From assembly GCA_029953675.1 (NCBI GenBank), contig JAMWBK010000003.1, positions 1 through 64,000 on the forward strand: a DNA stretch of 64,000 nt, in the 5' to 3' direction. The translations under genes were made by a program, and so were the position numbers. The DNA is from Rhodosorus marinus CCMP1338. Lineage: Eukaryota; Plantae; Rhodophyta. The notes below the pieces were generated by a model. It did not search any database. It worked only from the letters and a program-made list of their open reading frames with translations, and had not been told where the DNA came from. Shown here piece by piece: positions 12,330-24,120 of this stretch (position 1 is its first letter; every line of letters starts with the position of its first letter).

Positions 12330-12412
12330 CTAGTGTTGCGCTGCATCAGGCAGCTGCCTAATAAAGGATGCAGCTAGTCTGGGGCTAGTAAAGTCTGGGG
12401 TTAGCTGCCCAG
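12330..12412 (+). mobile_element. Family D 3' terminus with TAGTCTGGGG tail units
   Basis: TAGTGTTGCGCTGCATCAGGCAGCTGCC matches the D termini at 15670-15710 and 16853-16890. Confidence 0.7.
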
Positions 12413-12619
12413 TAAATTTTACTGGTAGTATTGACTGTTTCGCACTGGGGACTCGACCTCGAGGGCGCCATGGTTCACTGTGTGAGTAGCTTTAAATGTA
12501 TCAATGCCGTACAAGAGGTATCTGATGAGATGCGCTTCGTTCTGAGAGTTCATTACTAATTGCAAAGCTTCTGGTTTTGGGTCAAACTGCTCTTGGCTTA
12601 AGGATAGATTTACTTGTTT

Positions 12620-12697
12620 CCTTTTACGTCTTGCGTTGCGCATCAGGCTATGTAAGTAAAACCACCACCACCACCACCACCACCACCACCACCACCA
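12620..12697 (+). repeat. Isolated B-type 3'UTR with a (CCA)12 tail
   Basis: TTTTACGTCTTGCGTTGCGCATCAGGCTATGTAAGTAAAA followed by 12 CCA units. Confidence 0.85.
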
Positions 12698-12789
12698 CTA
12701 AAGGAGCCCGGACCCGCAGACACATGAGGATCTTGGACCTGTTCTATTGGGAACTCGGCCGGTTATTGAATAAATTTATTTATTCGGAG

Positions 12790-13090
12790 ACTGAAGAAAA
12801 ACCCCGGGGGGAAAAACAAGACTAAGCGCGGCGAAGATCGCGCGCCTGCAACATCAAAGCAGTGTTCATACGCCACAACGAGAAACTTAAACGGGTAAAC
12901 AACGACGGAAGACGGTCATAGCGTTCACCGAACACTTCCCGAAGCCAACGAGAACCAACGGAACCCAGAAACCCAAAGCATTCAATGACCAGAGTACGAG
13001 GCGATTGTTGAGGCAAGCGTTGACAAGATTTATCGCGCGAAGCGACTGTGACGCCTTGACAACACTCTACCTGTTTGCTCAGGTTTGCAT
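12790..13090 (-). mobile_element. Family C-like 3' fragment
   Basis: Translates LVIECFGFLGSVGSRWLREVFGERYDRLPSLFTRLSF. Confidence 0.85.
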
Positions 13091-13299
13091 ACAGTGAAGA
13101 AAGACCACGGCGGCCTCCAAACATACAACACGGACGTTGATGGCGCAGTTCATCATTAGTGCTCTTGGACAGACCGAGGACAGGTCAGATTGAGAAAGAA
13201 AGATTTCTGTTAACAAACTAATGGTCAATGTACGGTTATTCTTTAGCATCCGTTGGCTTCGCAGAGTGTTCTGGGGTTACGTAACCGCCCCGGCCGGAT

Positions 13300-13900
13300 C
13301 TGGAGCGGTATTCGGCCAACTCGGGCCCAGCCGGCGTTTAGCCGACGACGGGGAGAGGGAAAGCACGAATGAGGGCAGTGAGAGGTGCAGAGCAGCCCAA
13401 AACACTCTCCCCCCCAACCCGAACGGTCGGAGGTCTGACGGAGGCACGCACGTTCGAAGGGAATTCGCCAGGTACGCGGTCAGCATGGACAGGCGCTTCT
13501 CCTCCCAAGCAACAATAAGAAGCCTGGTCAGTTTCGAGACGATGCATGTTATGACGCTTCGTTGCAGTTGGCGATAGTGGCACGTTGCTGAATGCACCCA
13601 CGCGCATCCAGCGTTCCACGAGCGGAGAGGTGGCAACGCCATCCACCAGAAATGCTGGTGAAACTCTAGCCATCACAAAAGAGTTTGGCGAGGAAAATTC
13701 GCACTGCAAAAACCCCTCTAAAAGGTAAGTCACCTAACCAGAGCCCCGGAAAAGCACCAGCCGCAACCCAAGGGAAGGAGAGAAAGCCCTGCAGACCAAC
13801 CTCACGACCTAAAAAACCCAAACTCATTAGAAACCCAGGGGAAAACCGACGGAAGACACGCCTGCCACAGAAAAAACACTATGACTGCCAAAAAAAGTCC
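13300..13900 (-). mobile_element. Family C-like 5'UTR and ORF1 N-terminus (ATG 13673)
   Basis: MARVSP start; CIVSKLTRLLIVAWEEKRLSMLTAYL aligns with C ORF1 ICSKLTSPLVTASQEHRLPLLIAYL. Confidence 0.65.
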
Positions 13901-14125
13901 GAACCAAACACCATGCACCCTCAAGAACCCAAATCTGTCGCTGAGTTTATGCGCCTCGAATTCGAGCTTCGGTCATCGCCTGATGCCCCTGTTTAGGGAT
14001 CGGCCGGCATCCGCGGATCTTGAACGTGGGAAGCCCTTGCCTGTCGCAAACTACTAAAATGATGAATGTCGGAAGTTGACCTCGTTGTCACCTGACGATA
14101 GCCACCGTACGACGTACGTTGATCT

Positions 14126-14395
14126 GGGCTTTACTTAGACTTTACTAGCATAGCCTAACGCGCTACGCAAACCGTGAAAAGTAACTAAGAACTAGGTAGG
14201 GAAGCGTGCAAACCCAGGCGCCGATGGCGCGCCTCGGCAAGCATGCTGCTCGAATATCGCCACAGAGAGACACTTAAACGCCGCAAAAGTTCCAAATATT
14301 CAACGGGATGCTCAATGAAACATTTCCGCAACCACTCAAAACCCGACTTCTCCACGTGACCAAAGCTTTCCACGATGAAATCTTTACTAGCATAG
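14126..14395 (-). mobile_element. B-type 3' end inserted in a family C fragment (14030-14125) at TYVDL
   Basis: Tail GGGCTTTACT.. abuts TACGTTGATCT; encodes FIVESFGHVEKSG..RRLGLHASLPSS. Confidence 0.85.
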
Positions 14396-15618
14396 GGAGC
14401 CCGTGCTACCTGTCGGTTGGTGGTGGTCGAGAGCTGGGGTAGTTCAGGGTCCTCGAAAGGTACCCTGGTGCCGGTGTCAGGTGTCTTCTGGGCGTGGGCA
14501 TGGATACTGGCCAGAGTTCGGTCGAGTTCTGCCCGAACGTGGCCGAGCAGGGCCTCCCGAGCGTTGGGGGAGAGGCCCCTACGGCGCTCAACGATCCGCT
14601 GGATACGGCGATAGCGCCGCAGGTTGTGGATCAGGGCCACTCGCGGGTAGTCCTCGGGCCGATGGCGGAGTTTCTCGCGCATACTCAGGTAGTCCATGGA
14701 GCTCGCAGAGAGCTTGACTGCCTGAATGCGTTCGGCTGGGTGGAGGTTGCCGGTAGTGGGGTAGAAGGCGCCTGCGTTCACTGCGTCGCGGACCCGTGGT
14801 AGGGCAGTCCGGTGTGCAATGATGTGCACGTGGTGATCGAAATAATCGAGTTGCAGCAGCGTGTTCTTCTGCAGGCCGGCAAGGCGCTCGATATCCCAGG
14901 CGTGGTGGGCCTTGCTCTTGGTTCCGTCGCGAGGTCGTGCATTGAGTAGCACAAATGCGTCAATATCTTCCTTGCTCGCGAACTCCAGACCTTGAATACT
15001 CGCGAAAAATGATCGATTCGCGGCTGCCGGGGTCTGGTTACCTCGGACACGTGTCGACCAACTCATTGGCTGGCTGCTAGGTCGAGGTGTCGGGCGTGTG
15101 CGGTCATTGGCTGCTGCGAGATCGGGATATGCATCAGCATCGAGATCGCGCGCGTCGGGAGATCTGGGGCGGGCTGCTGTGCTGGCGTAGGATGCCGGTT
15201 CGTAGACAGGTAGGGGGCGCGGTGTCTGGGTAGGTCGTTGGGGCGTTGTAGTCAGAGTGTGAAGGAGCTGAGCCTCGTTGCCACTGGCATGGGCTTGTGC
15301 AGCAAGTTCCATGAATTTCAGCATCAGGGCGTTGTACTTCGTGGCTTTGGCTTGGGGAACGTCGAGGTGTAGTTGCAGCGGTCCACAGCTCATTGAGATC
15401 TTCAGATGGTGAGTGCTGGTGTCCGGCGCCGCAGTAGCAGGTGCAGTTGGGAGAGTAGCAGCAGGATCAGGTTCTCGCCCGGTACAATTTTGGGTAGAAG
15501 CATCGTGCATAGGTTCGTCCGATTGTAGGGGGTTTATGCCTCTTCCGTCCGGAGGCAGCGCCTCGGGAAACGTCATTTCCAAATCAACTCCTTGTAAAAC
15601 ACTCCAAGTTCGCGTCAA
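14396..15618 (-). CDS. Family D ORF1-like protein, fused in frame to the B 3' fragment (ORF 14185-15618)
   Basis: HLKISMSCGP, SWSTRVRG and HNLRRYRRIQRIVERR correspond to motifs of A and C ORF1. Confidence 0.6.
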
Positions 15619-15644
15619 TGAACTTAAATTTCAAAGTCCGAAAA

Positions 15645-16113
15645 CCCTACGCAGACTAACGTAACTGTAAGCTTTATTGGGCAGCCGCCTAATGCGGCGT
15701 AACACTGAGTCTATCACTAACTAGAGAATTACTTACAATAACCCCGCTACCGGGGTCGCATGCCGTAGCATGCGACCCCGGTAGCGTTCTAAAGAAAAAA
15801 CAGGGACCACTGGATTGTCCAGCTGGTCCACACGCAGAGCGCCTAGTGCGACTTCTGCGTTCCCCTGCCAAAGGTGCCTGTTTAGCTGAGCGCGTACGTC
15901 GCTCAACTCCTCGCTACGATGTAGGAGGTGCTTGCAGCCATCCCGTAAAAAATCTTGTGCCAACTTCCCTGTCCGCCCAAACGTCTCAATCGCAATCGGG
16001 ACGAATTTGTCGCTGGGTTTCTCCACCGCCATTGCTTCCTTGTAGTGTGCCAATTTATAATTCTCCGCCATCTTCGCTGCATACCCGCTCTCCCCACTCC
16101 CGCGCCTCAAGTA
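15645..16113 (-). mobile_element. Family D 3' fragment (RLE C-terminus, 3'UTR, tail)
   Basis: KLAHY..FVPIAIETFGRTG is an RLE C-terminal motif; terminus shared with 16780-17085. Confidence 0.8.
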
Positions 16114-16114
16114 C

Positions 16115-16790
16115 TTACCCCAGACTAACGTAACCCCATGCATAGTGTCCTAGATCTCGGACACCTGTCCCTCCCTGGGGCGCAGGGAGCCAGGTTCCTA
16201 AATCATGGACGGCATAACTTCCTAGCAGACGACCGTTACGGTAACGGGTTTCGGGGCCGAGGTGGTTGCCTACGGCCTGTCGCGGGAGATCTCGCGGGAG
16301 ATCATGCGGAGATGGTGCAGAATTCGTAGTAGCGGCTCCACCTTCCCACATACCCGGTTTCCGGGACAACTCCGTAAGGCGTCCGGTGACACCTTGCAGC
16401 TCTTGCGAGCTGTTGACCCTCGAGTACAGTTGAAAAACGGCTTTGTAGAAGTCTGTAATTTCGGACGCAGCGATGCCCAGGTCCTGGTAGCATCTGTCGA
16501 AGCTACGCAGTTGATGCAAGAATGTGGCTGCCGGGTCGGTTGCGGCTGCAGACTCGGTCCGCGTTCTTGCTTGAACATCGCCTGCTTGTGGTTCCGTCGG
16601 TGTCTCCTGCACGTCGCCATCAGACTGGTGCTGGTGCCTTTGCAAAACTTCCCGGGTGCCCGAGGGGTCCGGGCCCTGAATGACAAGAAGTTCGGGGTAC
16701 GGCCCGCGTGCCTCCCTCACGATCATCTTCGAACTTTCTTACGAGCTTTTGTTGTTGTCTTCCGTACGAACTTTACCTTTTACCCCAGAC
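16115..16790 (-). mobile_element. Possible ORF1-like fragment ending in a D-type tail
   Basis: 203-aa ORF (low-complexity part, then helical segment); ends in GGTTACGTTAGTCTGGGGT. Homology is weak. Confidence 0.35.
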
Positions 16791-17085
16791 TCCAGACTAA
16801 TAAACCCCAGACTAACGGTGTGTACTATTACACGTAGTAACGTAACCGTAAGCTTTACTGGGCAGCTGCCTACTGCAGCGCAACACTACGTCTAATCCTA
16901 TCTAGGGAAAACCTTACTGGAACCCCGCTACCGGGGTCTCATGCTACGTTCAAAAGAAAAAACATTCACCAGCGGATTCTCCAGCTGGTCCACGCGCAAA
17001 GCGCCTAATGCTATCTCTGCGTTACCTCGCCATAGTTGCCGGTAACCCCAGAACTCGTCAAGTTGAAAGTCGCGATATTCTAGCA
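16780..17085 (-). mobile_element. Second family D 3' end
   Basis: Aligns with 15645-15880 (CCAGCTGGTCCACGCGCAAAGCGCCTA, CCCCGCTACCGGGGTC); tail of TAGTCTGGGG units. Confidence 0.8.
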
Positions 17086-17089
17086 TCAT

Positions 17090-17206
17090 GCTTGCCGAGG
17101 CGCGGCACTGGCGCCTGGATTTGCGCGCTTCCCTCCCTAGTTCTTAGTTACTATTCATGCCTTGCATAGCGCTTCAGGTTTTGCCGGTAGAAACCAGCTT
17201 ATAAGG
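17090..17206 (+). mobile_element. B-type 3' end
   Basis: GGCGCCTGGATTTGCGCGCTTCCCTCCCTAGTTCTTAG..GTAGAAACC. Confidence 0.75.
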
Positions 17207-17291
17207 CAGACAACCACTGCAAGGGCACTGCAAGCGCAGCAGCGGGAGGGGTGTAGAGGAGTATGTTCCTCTTCGCTTTTTTCAGTATGCC

Positions 17292-18713
17292 TTACTGGAA
17301 ACGCTTCTTCAAAACACACTTGGCCAAACCTTCTCTGAGTTCGGTGACAAACGCTCTCAGTCTTGCTTTGGAAACTTTTCCCTTAAGGTTCTGTGCCAGT
17401 GCCTTAAGCTGCTCTTCAACTTCGGCCTTGTTCAATCCAACTTGGGACCCGATGCCATCGATGCGGGCGGTTATCCCGGAGATATCGTCCATGCTCTTGG
17501 ATTGTAGATCCAAAATTGTGAGAATTTCGTCGTCTATTCTGGCAATGTCACCCGTAGAGTCGAGCTTCGATGTTAGCCTCGTCTCTAATTCGCCGATGAG
17601 CTGTACCATTTCCCCGAGGGACGGTCTGCCGTTCAGAGCGATCCCCAGGTCGGTCACGTTTTGCACTAGCTGGGCAATCTCTTCGTCTAACTCCGTCTTC
17701 AGGTTCGCGACCGACGCGTCAGTGTCTGCTAGTGCCTTAACTTGCTCTTCAACTTCGGCCTTGTTCAATCCAACTTGGGACTCGATGCCGTCGATGCGGG
17801 CGGTTATCCCGGATATATCGTTCATGCTCTGGGATTGTAGATCCACAATTGCGAGAATTTCGGCGTCTATTCTGGCAATGTCACCCGAACTGTCGAGCTT
17901 CGATGTTAGCCTCGTCTCTAATTCGCCGATGAGCTGCAACACTTCATCGAGAGAGGGTCTGCTGTTGACAACAATCTCCAAGTCGGCCACTTTTTGCAGC
18001 AGCTGGTCAATCTCGTCGTCTACCTCCGTCTCCAGTCTCGAGATCGAGGCGTCATTTTTGGCATTTGTTATTTCCAGGCCCGTTGAGAGGCCTGTTGAGA
18101 GACTTGCTACTTCGTTCTGCAAGGAATTGATCACGCTCAATAGGCTGCTCACGTCCTGCGTGTTAGTCAAGCCTTGGGAGACCCGAGCAACCTCTTGGTC
18201 TAGCTTCACCTCCGGAGTTCCCACCGACCAAGCAGCATTTGCGTTTGCTGAAGCAAACTCCTGTGAGAACTTGTCCTCAAGTCTAGCATCTTCCTCATTA
18301 ACAGTTTGGTCCGTCCCAGCCTCCAATTCTTTGACCCGTGTAATCGTCGCTTTTAGTTCGGATTCCATCCGAAGAGCGCGTGCGTTGGCCGCGTTCAGTT
18401 CCGACTCCAGGGAATCATGGCTCGCAAAAGTTTGTTCCACAAAATGCTTCAATGCTGCAACATATTGAGGAGCCACAAGTCCACGATCCATTGCTTCTGC
18501 ACGGAACAAAGCATCCAATTGGGGAGGATAAACGCCGTCGAGAGCCGGGTCATCGCTACCTAACCTCTCGGGTAAATTGGACGCCAGTGTTCCGTCCTTC
18601 AAACCTCTCGTGAGGTGCTCATCTTGCAGTTGAGTGGACTTGGCGGGAGCCGCAAAGCAACCACATAGAATCGCAAGCAATCCCACAACCCTGAACAAGC
18701 ACTTTGCTTTCAT
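17292..18713 (-). CDS. Predicted secreted coiled-coil protein, 473 aa, two tandem 111-aa repeats
   Basis: Intact ORF, signal-like N-terminus, heptad-rich, 333-bp DNA period (TTGTTCAATCCAACTTGGGA at 17428 and 17761). Confidence 0.85.
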   Translation of the reverse strand: MKAKCLFRVVGLLAILCGCFAAPAKSTQLQDEHLTRGLKDGTLASNLPERLGSDDPALDGVYPPQLDALFRAEAMDRGLVAPQYVAALKHFVEQTFASHDSLESELNAANARALRMESELKATITRVKELEAGTDQTVNEEDARLEDKFSQEFASANANAAWSVGTPEVKLDQEVARVSQGLTNTQDVSSLLSVINSLQNEVASLSTGLSTGLEITNAKNDASISRLETEVDDEIDQLLQKVADLEIVVNSRPSLDEVLQLIGELETRLTSKLDSSGDIARIDAEILAIVDLQSQSMNDISGITARIDGIESQVGLNKAEVEEQVKALADTDASVANLKTELDEEIAQLVQNVTDLGIALNGRPSLGEMVQLIGELETRLTSKLDSTGDIARIDDEILTILDLQSKSMDDISGITARIDGIGSQVGLNKAEVEEQLKALAQNLKGKVSKARLRAFVTELREGLAKCVLKKRFQ

Positions 18714-19504
18714 CTCTTTCTACAGCCCTCCTCACTCTTCTTGCCTCCCTTTACAATTCCTTCCCCAACTGGCGGCCATCTTGTAGTGCCTGCCGCACAT
18801 CCTTAGCAACCTACTTATAGTTTTCGACTAACTCCAGCAAACCACCTCAGCTCACCTCTAGTCCAAGCAGGCTCGATCAACTTTCTACGAGACTGCTTTC
18901 GAAGAAGAGTCATTTTTAGGGATTCAATGGATTCACAACTGCCATCGCGTAGTCAGGTTCCGATCAGATGCCCAATGCCCTGTCAGAATCCGCAAGTAGC
19001 CTCAATGCAGTGGTTAAACCATTCGTTCGAATGCTGTGGTGGGCAAAAAAAGGAGGCAGTTTTCTAAAAAAATAGAAAGGCAGTTGTGCACGATGCGGCC
19101 GTCTGGAAACAAAAAGGAGAAAAAAACACGATGCGGCGTCTGAAAAAAAAAAGCTGCGGTTGTTGAAACAAATAACCATTTACAAGAGTTTCCACTTTTT
19201 TTTCCCGGTTTGGAGGGATGCGCGTATGGTCGTAGAGAACACGACCCTCCCTGCTTACACTTTCCACCTCGATGGGTTTTTGGAGCGGCCCAGGATTTCT
19301 CGTAGTCTCCTGCTCTGACCGGCGTTGCTCTGCAAGGGCCACCTTTTTTTCCCTAGACAACAGTCCCCAACGGACAAAAGCATATCTGCAATGAATGAAC
19401 GAATGAATGCGTCTGAATTTCTCGTGTCTTGCTCCGCATCTCAGATTCAGATGAACATTACTAGCTGGATACCACCACACACCCCTTATTCTACCATTAA
19501 CGGT

Positions 19505-19790
19505 TTAATCGGAGGTCAAAAGAAAAAAAAAACGAGGTGAAAAAGGGGCACCGCGAAGCTCGCGTGCCTCCAATAACAACGTTGCGTTCATACGTCGAAG
19601 CAAGAAACTCAATCGAAAAAACAGAGATTGTAAGCGGTCCGGACGTTCACGGACCATCTCCCGACGCCAGCGAGATCCAATGGGGTCTACAACCCCAAAG
19701 GATTCGATGATGAGAGGAATCAGGCGCTGTGGAAGAGCCGATGCGCAGACGTCGGGGGTAGACGTTGCCCTCGCATACTTCACATTTTAT
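19505..19790 (-). mobile_element. Family C-like 3' fragment
   Basis: Translates LIPLIIESFGVVDPIGSRWRREMVRERPDRLQSLF. Confidence 0.8.
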
Positions 19791-20599
19791 GCCGACGCAT
19801 ACTGGCAGCGGCAAAACTATGGCGCTCTCCTTCGGTCGGCATGTACGACTGGCCTGGTGACGCGTTCTAAGTTAACGTGTGTCTTGATCCAAAATACCGG
19901 CTCTAAATCCTTTTTTAAAAATATTTTATCTATTTTGGATACTTCCGCTCTAGATCTAATCCTTAAGGAGGAAGGTCGTAACTATATATAGGCGTTCGGT
20001 TCATGACTTGGGGATGCTAGACTACTATTATTAGCCCCGCGCGTACAATACCTTGCCCACAGTCAGCCGTCTCGTCCGTCCCTATGTTTTGTACTTGTGA
20101 TCGTTATTCTTAGCTCACCAATATGTTTAGCAAGATGTCACGTCAGAACGCCACAAAAACTCCGCCGGTAAAGGCTACGTAGGGACCTCGCATAAATCCC
20201 CTTTTTCTTTTGCACGATTCTTGAAGCTGATCGTTGTACCTCTGGGGGAAAGCTTCTCAATATATTTAGCAGACCAGCAGAGACTCTGGACTTTTGTCGC
20301 ACTTTTTTGCCTCTGGAACTTGAGGGAGAGTAGAAGTTCAGCGGATGCGGGAGCTTTGAGTGTTGCTGGCCAAGACTGGACTGGACTTTACAAGCAAGAC
20401 TAGCAATGGCTCTTTTCTCTAAAGCTTCCCAACCAAGATTCTAAGGGGAAAACGTGCATAATTAATATAACTTCTGTCAGCAAATTCAGAAAACTGCGAC
20501 ATACAATATTTTTGACCCGCTTATTCAGAAATAGATCCTACCCAGGCGGAAATTGGGGGGGAGTATGAAGATCCTCGTATGGTACCCTCGAGGTCCGTG

Positions 20600-20835
20600 C
20601 ATCGGCTCACCGTTTGGTCCTTCTCATCATCGAATCCTTTGGGACTTTTGACACCATCGGATCCCGTTGGATTCGGGAGATATTCCGCCAACGCGCGGAC
20701 CCGTCTACTATCTTTCTTTACGCGATTGAGTTTCTCGCTGTGGCGAGTGAATGCTGCCTTGAATATTCGAAGCCCGCGGCCTTCGAGTTGTAAACCCTTT
20801 TTTCCCTCAGTTTTTTTTTCTCTTAGCCTCCGATC
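20600..20835 (+). mobile_element. Family C-like 3' fragment
   Basis: Translates ..NPLGLLTPSDPVGFGRYSANARTRLLSFFTRLSFSLWRVNAAL; T-rich 3'UTR. Confidence 0.7.
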
Positions 20836-21811
20836 ACACTGCCCGATAGGAGCCTTGAGTATTCTGGTGGCCAAGGCTAGCTCAACTCCTCTTCATTAAA
20901 GCCTACCAAACCAAGATTTTGTGGGAAAACGTGTACAATTATTCTAATTTATTTCTCCTAATTCAGAAAACTGTGAGAGCGTTTCTCCTAATTCAGAAAA
21001 CTGTGAGAGCGTTGCAATATGGGTAACCCGTTCATTCAGAATAGACGGTTTCGGTTTTTTTTTGGTCTACGTTGCGGAGGTAGGGACTGAGCGGCGCTGC
21101 TCAAGGGAAGATTTTTTTTTTTGGAAAAACCCTTTTCCATTAAAAAAAGCAGGAAACACTCTCGTCTACCAACTACCAGGAGAAGGAATTATGCAATCTG
21201 GGTTTTCCTCTTGTGCGCCTAGTTTCGAGAGCTGGTCCCCGATATGTGGTCCCCGATATGGGTTGTACTCTGCCTCGGGATACCAGATGGGACCCGGAGA
21301 GGGGGAGAGAAGACGCTGTATCGGCACTTGCGTTTCAGTCAAATGCAATTGAAACTTGGTAAATGGCGCGTTCAAAATACTGCACTAAAAGTGAAATCCG
21401 CATATGTGAATCTTCTTTCCCTCTCATCGGACCACCGACCCGGGGCAGGTATTTTCTCTGGTCAACCCGAAAGCGACGAGGAAACTAATGCATGGTTTGT
21501 CCCTACCAAGCAATTTCAGCATGTCAATTGATTTGATCGACATGCTTAAAAGTCCCTGAGCAATAGGATGCACACACTGCAGAGAAGTAAAAACTCAATC
21601 GTGTAGACAGCTATATATATATACATACTGCGCGAAAGGAAGTGCTATGTCAATTGGGTTTTGCAGATGTGTTTCCCTAGCACGTGAATGGCAACCACAG
21701 ATCGCGTCGCTACCAAAAGCTAAAAGCGTGGACGAGACGGTAAGGAGAAGGGAAGAGGGACTGTAGGTTTTCTGGTTTAAAGAGTGGTGATTGGATACGG
21801 CATAGGAGAAG

Positions 21812-23162
21812 ATGGGACCGTACGCGCTGTTACTCTTCGTGGTTGTGGCGGTTCAAGCGGTGGCTCATGCTCAAGATTGTTCCGCGGACCCATTGGCTGG
21901 AGCGTTTGAAATTTCAGAGTTCTGTAGGCCCCTTCGCAACAGAGATGGTGTCCGGTTTGGCGAAGTATGTACGGACACCAAGCTGAACGACAAAAAAATT
22001 GATCCCGGGGCATTGTTCTCGCCGAGTTGTATCAGAGCCAAGTTTAGGACTGATGATGGATATGAATTGAACCTGATCCGAGCTGGAGCGCACTTCAATG
22101 AGCCCCCAACCGGGCAGGATAGATTTACTTCTCGCCGGAACATCGACAGATGGAAGACGAAGAACGAGGTGACGGATTCGATCAGATTCGCTAGGGTTCT
22201 GATTTGTCCCGAAGAATTGCAAGGACAGACTGATTGTTGCGGGCAGAGCGTCGGGTTGCTCGCTTCCGCGGTCGTCAGTAAGATAGGCAATAGTGACGAG
22301 CAATTCCGGGTTTTCCTGAGCGCCGAGGACAACGATGATCTGTGCACGGTGAGGGATAGCGACAACACGACTGCCTGTGACGTTATGATTGCTTGCCCAC
22401 CGTGCGAGGCGCTTCATTGTCGAGGGCCAGGAGGAGTCTGTGAGGATACCCTTGCATTTGAATGCCCCATCGGCGAGGTAAGTCACGTCGCAAAATCTGA
22501 ACCCGTTTCAGGGGTCGTTTTCTCGCCCGAAGTCTCAGCTCTGACGATTTAGTGAACACTGTGGGATACGACTAACTTTGCTAGCAACCACCAATATCTA
22601 GGAACCATTTTCTCGACAGGATGAATTCTGCGATTGTTCGCAATTGGCGACATCCTCGCCAGCTCCTTCGGATGGTCCTGTACAATTGAAGTGCTCTAAG
22701 CACAACGTGTATATGCTCTCGGGCTTCTCATTCTTCATCCTGGACATGGGTCCGCTTACTCTCCCGGGTGCGCTTCCTCTCGAGGCCTGTTTATCTCTTC
22801 GGGACATTATTAGGCGCGGAGGACCTTGCAACGAACCGGTCGAAAATGGCGCGATCGGGGTCATGTGGTGTTATAATTCGGATCCCGTAACGAATCCCTC
22901 AGTATTTGGGTGTCCCATCTGTTCAGAATTAGACTTCATAAGTCAGGATTGCGCAGTTAACCCCCCCTCCTCCCCTGGGACACTCTCCAGCGTTGCTGTG
23001 TGGTGGGTCTGTCATGAAGAAGGAGGCGACCCATTAGAAACTCTGATAACGTGCGCATCAGAGTACGCGGACGGACGAAACGACTGTCGGTTCGAAGATG
23101 GTGCAGACTGTAATTGTCCGGCAACCATTCCTGCTCCTGTGCTCCCTCCAACAAACTCTTAG
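21812..23162 (+). CDS. Secreted Cys-rich family member, 2 exons (21812-22477; 22602 or 22620 to 23162)
   Basis: Signal peptide; GAG/GTAAGT donor at 22478, ACTAAC branch at 22571, in-frame acceptors; the phase-0 join links ORFs 21812 and 22644. Confidence 0.75.
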
Positions 23163-23989
23163 TCCTGCTGACTTATGCTAGCTGTTCCCTATAGAAAGTA
23201 ATCTTCTACCCCGCTCTGGAGTCTCCTTAGCCTCGCCCCTCTTGCTTTCCTTGAGCATCCCTAGCGCTAAGTTCGGCAGTTGGACTAAACGGAAACAGCA
23301 AAAACCATTCAGCATCTCTTGCGCTAGATTCGGTGGAAGCTGGCCCTTCTTCGCCACTGTGCTGATCCCCGGTTGGACTATCATCTCCGGTGCCTGGCCT
23401 TTCCTTTCGGCGCCGTTCTTGCCACTAAGGCGGATGCAATCACCTTGATAGAGTTGGATACGTTGTTTGGAAGTCTTCTTATCCTCCAGGGTCTCCCACA
23501 CGAGCAGCTGGATACTGTGAAAACCCAAATTTAGTCTGGGGCTACGTTGGTCTGGGGCTTTGGAATGAGCACCATTGTGCATTCCAAAGCTTGGTCAGCA
23601 ACCCATGAATCTCCCCGGAAAACCGAGCTCGAATACGGTCCGCCGCGGGCTCCGGGTCGGGAGTCTGGCTGCGTGAAATACCAACGCTGACACCAAAAAA
23701 AGGGTTACGATAGTCTGGGGTTTCGTTAAGTCTGAAGTGGGTTTATTAGCATAGCCTGAAGCAATAAGTGGCATACTGCTTATGAGTCGAAATCAGGAAT
23801 CATCTTTTGTTGGGGAACCCCCACCGGGTGGGGAGGAACGGACACCTCCAAGACATCCTTCGAAAAAGAAAAAAGGTACCCCCGGAGATACCCATCATAA
23901 CCGAAGGTTTGCTTGCAACGGCTTTTTTTGCGCTTACGGCTTTTCGCTGTTGTCGCCGTTTTTTTTTGTTCCAAGAACGAATGAAATGG

Positions 23990-24120
23990 ATTTACAGTCT
24001 CCTCGGAGACTGAAAGAAAAACGCGTTGAGCGGAAAAAGCAGGCTAAGCACAGCGAAGATCGCGCCTCCAGCATCCAAGTGCATACTCTACAGCCAGAAA
24101 CCTAAACCGGCAAGCAACGA
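23990..24120 (-). mobile_element. Family C-like 3' end
   Basis: GCGAAGATCGCGCCTCCAGCATC..GAAACCTAAACCGG matches the C terminus. Confidence 0.65.

Noticed and set aside
20400-21012. AATTCAGAAAACTG motif and local duplications as a shared promoter of the secreted genes
   Set aside because: Orientation relative to the genes is inconsistent (also at ~38540); more likely a degraded repeat
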